A DNA stretch of 24,925 nt from sequence record SRR22947725_2285; one strand, 5' to 3'. This document shows positions 1-8,181 of the stretch, in pieces. Numbering within the stretch: position 1 is the stretch's first letter; each line of letters starts with the position of its first letter. Both the position numbers and the translations under genes were made by a program. Under the pieces are notes generated by a model. The model ran no database searches. It was given only the letters and a program-made list of their open reading frames with translations, and was not told the DNA's origin.

Positions 1-2
1 AC

Positions 3-815
3 AAAGATGCATTTCGTGAAGCTGGTCTAGATCCTGAAACACCACCAGCAACTTGGGGTGGTCTTCTTGCGGCATCAAAAGCACTAACTAAAGATGACGG
101 CTCTCAGTGGGGTCTTATGATTCCATCAACTGGCTATCCTTACTGGATGTTTGGTGCACTTGCAATGCAGAATGGTCAAACACTTATGACAAGTGGTGAT
201 AAAACTAACTTTGATCATCCAGATGTTGTTGCAGCACTTGAACTTTGGAAGGCATTCGGAAGTGAACATAAAATCATGCCAGAGGGAACGATTGAATGGG
301 GTACGCTTCGTCAAAACTTCTTAGAAGGCAAGACAGCTATGATGTGGCATTCAACTGGTAACTTAACTACAGTTAAAAAGAATGCTAACTTCGACTTTGG
401 TGTTGCAATGCTTCCAGCAGGAAAGCGTCGCGGAACACCTACAGGTGGAGGAAACTTCTACATGTTCAAGGACACTACTGCAGAAGAACGTGAAGCGTCA
501 ATGAAACTAATTAAGTTCATGACTGCTCCTGAAAATTCTGCCAAGTGGTCTGTAGCAACTGGCTACATGGGTGTTAGTCCTGATGCATATGAGACAGATA
601 CTTTGAAATCATATGTTTCAGATTTTCCACCAGCGGCAGTTGCTCGTGATCAGCTAGCATATGCAACAGCTGAATTTTCAACATACCAAACGAGTCGAGT
701 TAAAAAAGGATTGAATGATGCAATCCAAGCAGCACTCGTTGGAAGTAAATCTCCAAAAGAAGCTCTTTCAGAGGCGCAAGCCGCTGCAGAGCGTATTTTA
801 AAACCTTACCGTTAA
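3..815 (+). CDS. ABC transporter substrate-binding protein, CUT1/UgpB-like (5' truncated by window)
   Basis: The frame is open from base 3 (KDAFREAGLDPETPPATW...), upstream of the ORF-track ATG at 117. PPxTW, MMWHSTGN, GTPTGGGNFY and the C-terminal 'SPKEALSEAQ' helix are typical of family-1 extracellular solute-binding proteins. Two permeases follow. Confidence 0.9.
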   Translation, partial: KDAFREAGLDPETPPATWGGLLAASKALTKDDGSQWGLMIPSTGYPYWMFGALAMQNGQTLMTSGDKTNFDHPDVVAALELWKAFGSEHKIMPEGTIEWGTLRQNFLEGKTAMMWHSTGNLTTVKKNANFDFGVAMLPAGKRRGTPTGGGNFYMFKDTTAEEREASMKLIKFMTAPENSAKWSVATGYMGVSPDAYETDTLKSYVSDFPPAAVARDQLAYATAEFSTYQTSRVKKGLNDAIQAALVGSKSPKEALSEAQAAAERILKPYR

Positions 816-825
816 TTTGGTAATT

Positions 826-853
826 TTGGTGGACGTCAAGTGACGTCCACCAA
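826..853 (+). repeat. Perfect 13-bp inverted repeat (intercistronic stem-loop) after the binding-protein gene
   Basis: TTGGTGGACGTCA-AG-TGACGTCCACCAA with no strong U-tract behind it. The position fits an mRNA-stabilising or partial-termination hairpin in an ABC operon. Confidence 0.8.
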
Positions 854-880
854 TTAATTCTAAGACTAAATAAAATAATA

Positions 881-1756
881 ATGAAAGATAGTACTCGTAA
901 TTTTCAAGGTTGGTTATTGTTTGCACCTGCAGCAATATTGCTTTTGGCATTTACTCACTATCCAACCATAACAACCTTTATTCATAGTCTTTATACAAAT
1001 AAATCTTTTATAAGACCCAGAAGATTCTCTGGCATTGAAAGTTATGAAAGTATGTTTAGTGATCCAATATTTTTTAAAGTTTTCATAAATAATATGTGGC
1101 TTGCTCTTGGAACTATTCCTACATCAATTGGGCTAGCAATTATTATGGCTTTAATTGTTAATAAAGCTATTCCTGGAAGAGGATTACTTCGAATGGCTTA
1201 CTTTACTCCAACCATGCTTCCGATGATTGCAGTTGCTAACATATGGTTATTTTTCTACGCACCAGAAATAGGATTGATCGACAAAACAATGGCTATTTTT
1301 GGCTTTGAAAGTACAAACTGGCTTGGAAGCCCATCAACTGTGCTTCCTTCTATTATGGTTATGACAGTTTGGAAAGAAGCTGGTTTTTTTATGGTTTTTT
1401 ATCTTGCAGGCTTACAGACAATTTCACCAGAACTTGAAGAGGCTTCAAAGCTTGAGGGTTCATCTCGTTGGAATTATTTCTGGCGAATCCAATTTCCTTT
1501 GCTGTTGCCAACTACCTTATTTGTCCTGATTAATGCTTTTTTGAATTCGTTTAAACTTGTAGATCATCTTTTTGTTTTGACAAAAGGAGGTCCAGATAAC
1601 GCAAGTAATTTAATTCTATATTACATTTATGAGACTGCTTTTGCATTTTTAGATATTTCTTATGCCTCCGCATTGACGATATTCTTACTTGCACTCCTTG
1701 CACTTACGGCTTTGGCGCAATTTCTATTTATTGAAAAAAGAGTACACTACAGATGA
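881..1756 (+). CDS. Carbohydrate/glycerophosphate ABC transporter permease (UgpA/MalF-like)
   Basis: Multiple hydrophobic helices; EAA loop 'LQTISPELEEASKLEGSSRW'; 'LTKGGPDNAS'. Confidence 0.92.
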   Translation: MKDSTRNFQGWLLFAPAAILLLAFTHYPTITTFIHSLYTNKSFIRPRRFSGIESYESMFSDPIFFKVFINNMWLALGTIPTSIGLAIIMALIVNKAIPGRGLLRMAYFTPTMLPMIAVANIWLFFYAPEIGLIDKTMAIFGFESTNWLGSPSTVLPSIMVMTVWKEAGFFMVFYLAGLQTISPELEEASKLEGSSRWNYFWRIQFPLLLPTTLFVLINAFLNSFKLVDHLFVLTKGGPDNASNLILYYIYETAFAFLDISYASALTIFLLALLALTALAQFLFIEKRVHYR

Positions 1757-2571
1757 CATATAGCAAAAGAATTTCATCTAATATAGAACTAATGGGTGCA
1801 TATATACTTGCAGCATTTTGGGTACTCCCACTGCTGTATGCTTTTTGGGCTGCGTTTCATTTCAGTAGTGATGCTATTCATTTTGATATTCTAGCGCCGC
1901 TTACACTAGATAACTTTCGTGAGGCATGGAGTCAGGCTCCTTTTATGCGATATGGCTTGAATACATTCCTACTTGTTTCCTTTATACTTCCATTGCAGCT
2001 ATTAATTTCTACTCTGGCGGCCTATGCATTTGTTCGTTTTAAATTTACTGGTGCAAATGTTGCATTTGCCTTAGTGTTGGTTCAGTTAATGATTACTCCA
2101 GAAATATTGATTGTACAAAACTATGTAACACTTTCTAAACTAGGCTTAATTGATACAATAACTGGTATGGGATTGCCTTATGTTGCTAGCGCATTTTGTA
2201 TCTTTTTATTACGCCAAACATTTAAATCAATTCCAAAAGAATTAGAAGATGCAGCTCAATTAGAGGGTTGTAGTACAATGGGAATTTTATGGAAGGTCTA
2301 TGTTCCTTTGGCGACCCCTACTTTTATTGCATTTTCTTTAGTTTCTGTCAGCCACCATTGGAATAACTTTTTATGGCCACTCATTATTTCTAACTCAGTT
2401 GAAACTAGACCACTGACAGTTGGTTTGGGTATTTTTGCTGCGCCTGAGACGGGTGTTGATTGGTCAGTTATGTCTGCTGCAACATTAATTTCAGTAGCGC
2501 CCCTTTTGATTGCTTTCCTCATATTTCAAAAACAGTTTGTCCAATCATTCATGCAGGCTGGTATTAAATGA
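1753..2571 (+). CDS. Carbohydrate/glycerophosphate ABC transporter permease (UgpE/MalG-like)
   Basis: EAA loop 'FKSIPKELEDAAQLEGCS'; 'WNNFLWPL'; 'FQKQFVQS'. ATGA overlap with the upstream permease. Confidence 0.92.
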   Translation: MTYSKRISSNIELMGAYILAAFWVLPLLYAFWAAFHFSSDAIHFDILAPLTLDNFREAWSQAPFMRYGLNTFLLVSFILPLQLLISTLAAYAFVRFKFTGANVAFALVLVQLMITPEILIVQNYVTLSKLGLIDTITGMGLPYVASAFCIFLLRQTFKSIPKELEDAAQLEGCSTMGILWKVYVPLATPTFIAFSLVSVSHHWNNFLWPLIISNSVETRPLTVGLGIFAAPETGVDWSVMSAATLISVAPLLIAFLIFQKQFVQSFMQAGIK

Positions 2572-3413
2572 TTCAAATCCTAAGCTGGAATATCCAGAAT
2601 GGAGAAGGCGTTGATGGGAAAATTTCTTTAAATAGAATTGCTGATACTATTTTTAGTATGCCTACTCCTGATGTTATTTGCCTTCAGGAGGTCTCTCGTA
2701 ATTCAATCCTCAAAGACAATACGAAGCCTGATCAATTAAAACAATTATCAAATTTATTTTTAGACTATGAAGCTTTTTATGGCCCAGCGTACGATGTTTT
2801 AAGGGATGGAGAGAGCCAAAGAGAGCAGTTTGGCAATATCATACTTTCAAAACTACCTGTCTTATCTTCTTTTAATCACATACTTCCACAACCGACAAAT
2901 AGTAGTTTCAGACATATGCCTAGACAAGCTTCAGAAGTTACTGTCCAAACACCCTCTTTTCCTTTGTGCGTTATTACAACTCACTTAGAGTACGGCTCTC
3001 AAAATCAACGTTATGATCAATTTAAGCGAATTTTATCGATTAAAGATGATATTGATAATTTGTCTGTTAACCCTGCAACCATCCAAGAAGATAGTCCATA
3101 TGCTAAGCTTGAACGTTCAAATAAAGTTGTCATTTGTGGAGACTTTAACTTTGAATCAAGTTCTAAGGAGTATGGTCTTATCTCAAGTTACAGTGATAAG
3201 CCTCTAATTGACTCTTGGACGCATCTAAATTCAAATTTAAAGCATTCCCCTACCTGTGGAATTTTTGACAAAAAACAATGGTCAGAAGGCCCTCATTGCA
3301 GAGACTTTGCATTTGTAAGTGACAACCTTAAAAATAATATTGGCAACTTCATCGTCAATGAAGAGACTGATGCTTCAGATCACCAACCTATAGTCCTAAC
3401 GATTACTGATTAA
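2568..3413 (+). CDS. Endonuclease/exonuclease/phosphatase (EEP) family metal-dependent phosphoesterase
   Basis: EEP catalytic motifs SWNI, DVICLQEV, TTHL, CGDFN, RDFAF and SDHQP. Start lies at the permease stop. Confidence 0.9.
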   Translation: MIQILSWNIQNGEGVDGKISLNRIADTIFSMPTPDVICLQEVSRNSILKDNTKPDQLKQLSNLFLDYEAFYGPAYDVLRDGESQREQFGNIILSKLPVLSSFNHILPQPTNSSFRHMPRQASEVTVQTPSFPLCVITTHLEYGSQNQRYDQFKRILSIKDDIDNLSVNPATIQEDSPYAKLERSNKVVICGDFNFESSSKEYGLISSYSDKPLIDSWTHLNSNLKHSPTCGIFDKKQWSEGPHCRDFAFVSDNLKNNIGNFIVNEETDASDHQPIVLTITD

Positions 3414-3932
3414 TTAGTTTTTTTTACGCTTGTTTTTGAAGAATGTTTTGTTGGCAATGTAAACTGTTTTTCGGACCTCACAAAAAACAATGCTTTTGTC
3501 TTTATTTGTTAGCTTGGTCTTCTTAACTATTTCAAATTCATTATTCTCTGATGCCTTCTTTTTAATCTCATTCAGCTCTTCTAAAGTATATGTAAACTCT
3601 GCATAAAGATCTTCCTTTGCCGGCCTTATAAAGAAAATTTGAGCTGCTTTATCCCAAACTACATAATCATCGCCAATTAAGTTCATCAACTGAGTCATTG
3701 GAAATGGATCTACCGCAGAAAACATACTACCGCCAAATATGGTATTGACGTAATTTGCATTTTTATAACTATAGGGTAGTTTTATTTTTATCTTAGAAAA
3801 ATCCTCAGAAATGTAGAGAACTTTTGCAGAGGTCCTTCTATACATCGGAGATAAGTTAAAGCCGTACTTCATAACCTTAGATTTGGATATGAATTTGGAG
3901 GCTATCTTGGCAAGTTTTTGATAAGTAATCAT
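3414..3932 (-). CDS. DUF4442 / YiiD-like hotdog-fold (thioesterase-like) protein
   Basis: Motif 'KNANYVNTIFGGSMFSAVDP...YVVWDKAAQIFF.RP'. Start moved to the ATG at 3932 because the longer ORF runs through the terminator and tRNA-Asn. Confidence 0.8.
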   Translation of the reverse strand: MITYQKLAKIASKFISKSKVMKYGFNLSPMYRRTSAKVLYISEDFSKIKIKLPYSYKNANYVNTIFGGSMFSAVDPFPMTQLMNLIGDDYVVWDKAAQIFFIRPAKEDLYAEFTYTLEELNEIKKKASENNEFEIVKKTKLTNKDKSIVFCEVRKTVYIANKTFFKNKRKKN

Positions 3933-3950
3933 TTTGAAATTGATTATAGA

Positions 3951-3978
3951 AACAAAAAAGACATCCGAAGATGTCTTT
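3951..3978 (-). terminator. Intrinsic terminator of tRNA-Asn
   Basis: Minus strand reads AAAGACATC-TTCG-GATGTCTTT-TTTGTT: a stem with a C(UUCG)G tetraloop and a U-tract, 11 nt after the CCA end. Confidence 0.88.
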
Positions 3979-3989
3979 GATATTAAATT

Positions 3990-4065
3990 TGGCTCCCTGA
4001 CCTGGGCTCGAACCAGGGACAAACGGATTAACAGTCCGTTGCTCTACCAACTGAGCTATCAGGGA
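3990..4065 (-). tRNA. tRNA-Asn (GTT)
   Basis: TCCCTGATAGCTCAGTTGGTAGAGCAACGGACTGTTAATCCGTTTGTCCCTGGTTCGAGCCCAGGTCAGGGAGCCA: full cloverleaf, anticodon GTT, encoded CCA. Confidence 0.97.
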
Positions 4066-4075
4066 ATAGCGAGAG

Positions 4076-4104
4076 ATTATAACGAGCTATGAATTTTGAG
4101 TCAA
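4076..4104 (-). promoter_or_regulatory. Sigma70 promoter of tRNA-Asn
   Basis: TTGACT (4104-4099), 17-nt spacer, TATAAT (4081-4076), 10 nt upstream of the tRNA 5' end. Confidence 0.85.
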
Positions 4105-4142
4105 TCAAATCTTAGCTTTTATAATCGTTTATTGGTGATTAT

Positions 4143-5402
4143 TTAGTTTGCTTGCTTTATTGAGTCCTCAAGTGCCTTTCCAAACTCAGAACAAGAGAGT
4201 AAAGTAGCGCCCTCAATTAATCTTTCAAGGTCATAAGTAACGGTACCTTTTTGTATTGTATTAGACATTGAGTTAACGATTAAATCAGCCGCCTCAGTCC
4301 ATCCCATATGTCTAAGCATCATCTCAGCAGAAAGAATTAAAGATGACGGGTTGACCATATCTTTTCCTGCATAGCCTGGCGCTGTTCCATGAGTCGCTTC
4401 AAATACTCCAATAGTATCTGAAAGATTGGCTCCTGGTGCAATACCAATACCGCCTACTTGCGCTGCCAAGGCATCAGAAATATAGTCACCATTAAGATTT
4501 AAAGTCGCAATGACTGAGTACTCTGATGGACGCAGGAGTATCTGCTGAAGAAAGGCGTCTGCAATTGTGTCATTTATGATGATTTCATTTCCATTATTTG
4601 GATTTTTAAAGCTACACCATGGACCTCCATCAATCTCTTTTGCACCAAATTCATCTTTAGCAAGTTGATACGCTGTATCTCTAAATAACCCCTCAGTGAA
4701 CTTCATAATATTGCCCTTATGAACAATTGTTACTGATGGCTTATCGTTATCTATTGCATATTGAATAGCTGCCCTGACAAGTCTTGAGGTGCCTTCAGTT
4801 GAAACCGGTTTAATACCAATGCCTGATGTTTCTGGAAACCTTATCTTGGTTGCGCCCATTTCTTGTTGAAGAAACTCAATGACCTTTTTCACTTCGGCTG
4901 AACCTTTAGGAAACTCAATACCCGCATAAATATCCTCTGAGTTTTCTCTAAAAATGACCATATCCACTTTTTCAGGATGCCTAACTGGCGAGGGAGTGCC
5001 TTCAAAATACTGAACAGGTCTTTGGCAAATATAAAGATCTAAAATTTGCCTAATGGCAACATTAAGTGACCTCATTCCTCCACCTACAGGAGTCGTTAGT
5101 GGGCCTTTAATTGAGACCGAAAATTTCTTAATTGCGTCAACAGTTTCCTCTGGTAAGTATTCACCATAAATACTGTCTGCCTTTTCACCTGCAAAAATTT
5201 CCATCCATTGTATCTCTCTCTCACCGCCATATGCTTTTTGAACTGCGGTATTGACCACATCTAGCATCACTGGTGTAATGTCAGCACCAATACCATCGCC
5301 CTCTATATAAGTAATGATAGGTTTTTTAGGTACATTTAGAGCATTATTTTTAATTGAGATTGGCTCACCAGAAGTTGGCACTGTAATATTTTTATAGGTC
5401 AT
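4143..5402 (-). CDS. icd: Isocitrate dehydrogenase, homodimeric E. coli type
   Basis: [65 protein letters not shown]. Confidence 0.97.
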   Translation of the reverse strand: MTYKNITVPTSGEPISIKNNALNVPKKPIITYIEGDGIGADITPVMLDVVNTAVQKAYGGEREIQWMEIFAGEKADSIYGEYLPEETVDAIKKFSVSIKGPLTTPVGGGMRSLNVAIRQILDLYICQRPVQYFEGTPSPVRHPEKVDMVIFRENSEDIYAGIEFPKGSAEVKKVIEFLQQEMGATKIRFPETSGIGIKPVSTEGTSRLVRAAIQYAIDNDKPSVTIVHKGNIMKFTEGLFRDTAYQLAKDEFGAKEIDGGPWCSFKNPNNGNEIIINDTIADAFLQQILLRPSEYSVIATLNLNGDYISDALAAQVGGIGIAPGANLSDTIGVFEATHGTAPGYAGKDMVNPSSLILSAEMMLRHMGWTEAADLIVNSMSNTIQKGTVTYDLERLIEGATLLSCSEFGKALEDSIKQAN

Positions 5403-5923
5403 TATGTATTGTTAGTTGTTGAGATTTCTAGACGCATTATTATACCGTCTTCTTTCACTGAAGGTTCATTTGAGTTTTTCGTATAGTAATTTTTTCGAAT
5501 TGAAATCTCTTTAAAACCCATGGCTAGATAAAATTTAATTGCAGAAAAATTACTCTGCCTTACCTCCAACAATACTTCACTCACTCCCTTCTTGTTAAGA
5601 GCTTGAACCAAGTGCTCTATTAATGCTTTTCCAAAACCCTTTCTTTGATAACTTGAATTAATTGCTATATTCAGAATATCGGCACTTTCAATGACTGGCA
5701 TTGCTATCAAGTACCCAATAATTTCTGACTTATAAATTAATGAATAACCTAGATTGACTGGATTTTTAATACTTTCAAGTAACTGTGTTTGAGTCCACGG
5801 ATTGTTTGAACTCTGCCTCTCAATCAAGAGGACAGATTCAATATCTGTCTCAAGTAGCTGATTAAAGGAAGTACTGATAAGCTTTGTTGTCAGTTTCGTT
5901 TTGGTAATAGTATCCAATTTCAT
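5402..5923 (-). CDS. rimI: Ribosomal protein S18-alanine N-acetyltransferase (GNAT); start uncertain
   Basis: 'NPWT', 'ILNIAI...[10 protein letters not shown]', 'LEVRQSN..AIKFY...GF....RKNYY', 'EDGIIM'. The stop overlaps the icd ATG (TAATG). The nearest ATG preserving the N-terminal fold is at 5923, inside ilvA. Confidence 0.85.
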   Translation of the reverse strand: MKLDTITKTKLTTKLISTSFNQLLETDIESVLLIERQSSNNPWTQTQLLESIKNPVNLGYSLIYKSEIIGYLIAMPVIESADILNIAINSSYQRKGFGKALIEHLVQALNKKGVSEVLLEVRQSNFSAIKFYLAMGFKEISIRKNYYTKNSNEPSVKEDGIIMRLEISTTNNT

Positions 5924-7355
5924 CAAACCTAGCCTCAAGATCAGCAACATCATCAACCTGAAGGCCAATTAATACTCGACCAAAATCTGCGCCATGATTA
6001 CGGTAATGAAAGAGCGATATGTTCCATTTTGTTTTCACTTTTTTAAGAAAATTCAAAAGCGCTCCTGGTCTCTCAGGGAACTCAAATCTGTAGATGACTT
6101 CATTCTCAGCATTTGCATGGCCACCAACCATGTATCTGATATGCGTTTTTGCCATTGAATTATCACTCATATCAATAACTTCAAAGGATTTAGACAATCT
6201 TGAAATTAAAGCCTGTTTTTCGACCTCCCCTTTACTCAGCTTAATGCCAACAAAAATGTGTGCATCTTTTTTAGTTGAGTACCGGTAATTAAACTCTGTG
6301 ATAGAGGAGTTATCAAGCAGCTCGCAGAATTTAAGGAAGCTTCCTGGTTCTTCAGGAATTGTAACAGCAACAATAGCCTCATTAAGCTCGCCCAGATCAG
6401 CTCGCTCTGCAATATACCTTAATCTGTCAAAGTTGACATTAGAGCCTGAAACGACAGATACAATATTTTTATTTTCTAAATTATTTTCTAAGATATATTT
6501 TTTAACTCCGGCTGTTGAAAGGGCTCCAGCAGGCTCAGAAACAGAACGCAAATCTTCATAAATATCTTTTATAGCTGCACACATTTCATCATTACTCACC
6601 AGAATAACGTCGTCAACTGACTCTTTAGCAATTTCGAAAGGAAGTTCACCAATTTGTTTTACTGCCACGCCGTCAGCAAACCGCCCTACATCATCAAGCA
6701 CCACCCTTTCATTCGCCTCTAATGCTTTAAAAAGGGTAGGAGAGTCTGTTGGCTCCACTCCAATAACTTTAATTTGCGGAGCGTAATGCTTTATGTAGCT
6801 TGCCATTCCGGATATAAGTCCTCCACCTCCAACTGGGGCAAACACGTAGTCTATTTTCTCAAGCTGAGATAGTATTTCTTTGGCTACAGTGGCTTGACCG
6901 GCTATTACCTCAAAATCATCATAAGGACTGATAAAGCAAAGATCATTCTCTTCTACTAGCTTCTGTGCATGATGAAATGCGTCATCATAAACATCGCCAT
7001 GGAGTATGACTTCAGCGCCCAATTGCTCGACCGCCTGAACCTTAATTTTAGGCGTGCTGGTAGGCATAACGATAATAGCCTTTATATTTAATTTACTAGC
7101 GCCAAGGGCAACACCTTGAGCATGGTTGCCAGCTGAAGAGGCTATAACGCCTTTGCTTTTTTGCTCATCACTCATTGAGCTCATTTTTTGATAGGCACCA
7201 CGCAGTTTAAAAGAGTGGATCACTTGATCATCTTCGCGCTTTAAATAGATATTATTATTAAACCTTTTGCTTAGCTGAGGGGCAATCGATAAAGCCGATT
7301 CTTTTGCTACCTCATAAACGTTACTATTGTCTGCCAGGTTAACGAGTGCACTCAT
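5862..7355 (-). CDS. ilvA: Threonine ammonia-lyase, biosynthetic
   Basis: LKRED..HSFKLRGAY (PLP lysine), SAGNHAQGV, PVGGGGL, and two C-terminal ACT-like regulatory repeats (PEEPGSF; FPERPGAL...FHYRNHG). Confidence 0.97.
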   Translation of the reverse strand: MSALVNLADNSNVYEVAKESALSIAPQLSKRFNNNIYLKREDDQVIHSFKLRGAYQKMSSMSDEQKSKGVIASSAGNHAQGVALGASKLNIKAIIVMPTSTPKIKVQAVEQLGAEVILHGDVYDDAFHHAQKLVEENDLCFISPYDDFEVIAGQATVAKEILSQLEKIDYVFAPVGGGGLISGMASYIKHYAPQIKVIGVEPTDSPTLFKALEANERVVLDDVGRFADGVAVKQIGELPFEIAKESVDDVILVSNDEMCAAIKDIYEDLRSVSEPAGALSTAGVKKYILENNLENKNIVSVVSGSNVNFDRLRYIAERADLGELNEAIVAVTIPEEPGSFLKFCELLDNSSITEFNYRYSTKKDAHIFVGIKLSKGEVEKQALISRLSKSFEVIDMSDNSMAKTHIRYMVGGHANAENEVIYRFEFPERPGALLNFLKKVKTKWNISLFHYRNHGADFGRVLIGLQVDDVADLEARFDEIGYYYQNETDNKAYQYFL

Positions 7356-8088
7356 AGAGCTCCTTAATATAATCTACACTTACCGTCGTATGACTGGAAA
7401 GTGGGCCATTAATTATCTGAAAAGGCTGGCTCTCTTCACCTAAGTGATTGAGAACAACTAGTGCGCCTTCAAAGTTTTTTGTCATAGTATACTCGCTCAC
7501 AGTTATTAGAGTCCTAAGTCCTGCTGCAGATGATGAATTAAAACCAATTTCAGAGTCTTCAATAGCTATACATTCATTCGCATTTAAATTCATCTTTTCT
7601 AGAACATAATTATAAATCTCTGGGGATGGTTTTTTGTTGTCCACTATATCCCCAGCAGCAATAATTTCAAAGTTATTGAGTGCTTCCTCGCCTAAAGCAG
7701 AAACCAAAATTGCTTTAACATTTTCATAAGACGTTGTAGTGGCAATTGCTAGCCTTAAATGATTATCAAGTGCATCATTAATGAGCCTTTCAACCCCAAC
7801 CCTTAAAGAAATATATCCATCAGTTATTTTATTGATAAACATATCGGTCTTTTTTTTATGTATCTTGGCTATATCATCTTTAGTTAAGGGGCTTGTTAGT
7901 TTTGGATTATATTTCTGTATGAAATGACTAAGCCTTTCTTTCCCTCCACTAACACTCAAAAGCTCACTATCCCAATACCAGTCTAACTCAAAAAAATCGA
8001 ACGCCTCATTGAATGCTTTAAGATGACCATCATGCTCTGTATTAGCAAGAGTTCCATCTACATCAAATATAATTGCTTTCAAGGCCAT
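7339..8088 (-). CDS. cbbY: CbbY-family HAD-IA sugar-bisphosphate phosphatase
   Basis: FDVDGTLANTE, 'GH..AFN.AF', GGKER, IATTT, KKPSPEIY and IEDS..G match CbbY signatures. Confidence 0.8.
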   Translation of the reverse strand: MALKAIIFDVDGTLANTEHDGHLKAFNEAFDFFELDWYWDSELLSVSGGKERLSHFIQKYNPKLTSPLTKDDIAKIHKKKTDMFINKITDGYISLRVGVERLINDALDNHLRLAIATTTSYENVKAILVSALGEEALNNFEIIAAGDIVDNKKPSPEIYNYVLEKMNLNANECIAIEDSEIGFNSSSAAGLRTLITVSEYTMTKNFEGALVVLNHLGEESQPFQIINGPLSSHTTVSVDYIKELYECTR

Positions 8089-8181
8089 AGTCGTAAATTT
8101 AATTGGGTCAAAAATAAAAAAATCATTGCTATTTTAGGCAATTTTTGGTAAAAACTACTTTTTTTTACAAAACTAACAATA

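Noticed and set aside
3933..4022. N-terminal 30-aa extension of the DUF4442 ORF in the ORF track
   Set aside because: It runs through tRNA-Asn and its terminator; ATG 3932 is the plausible start.
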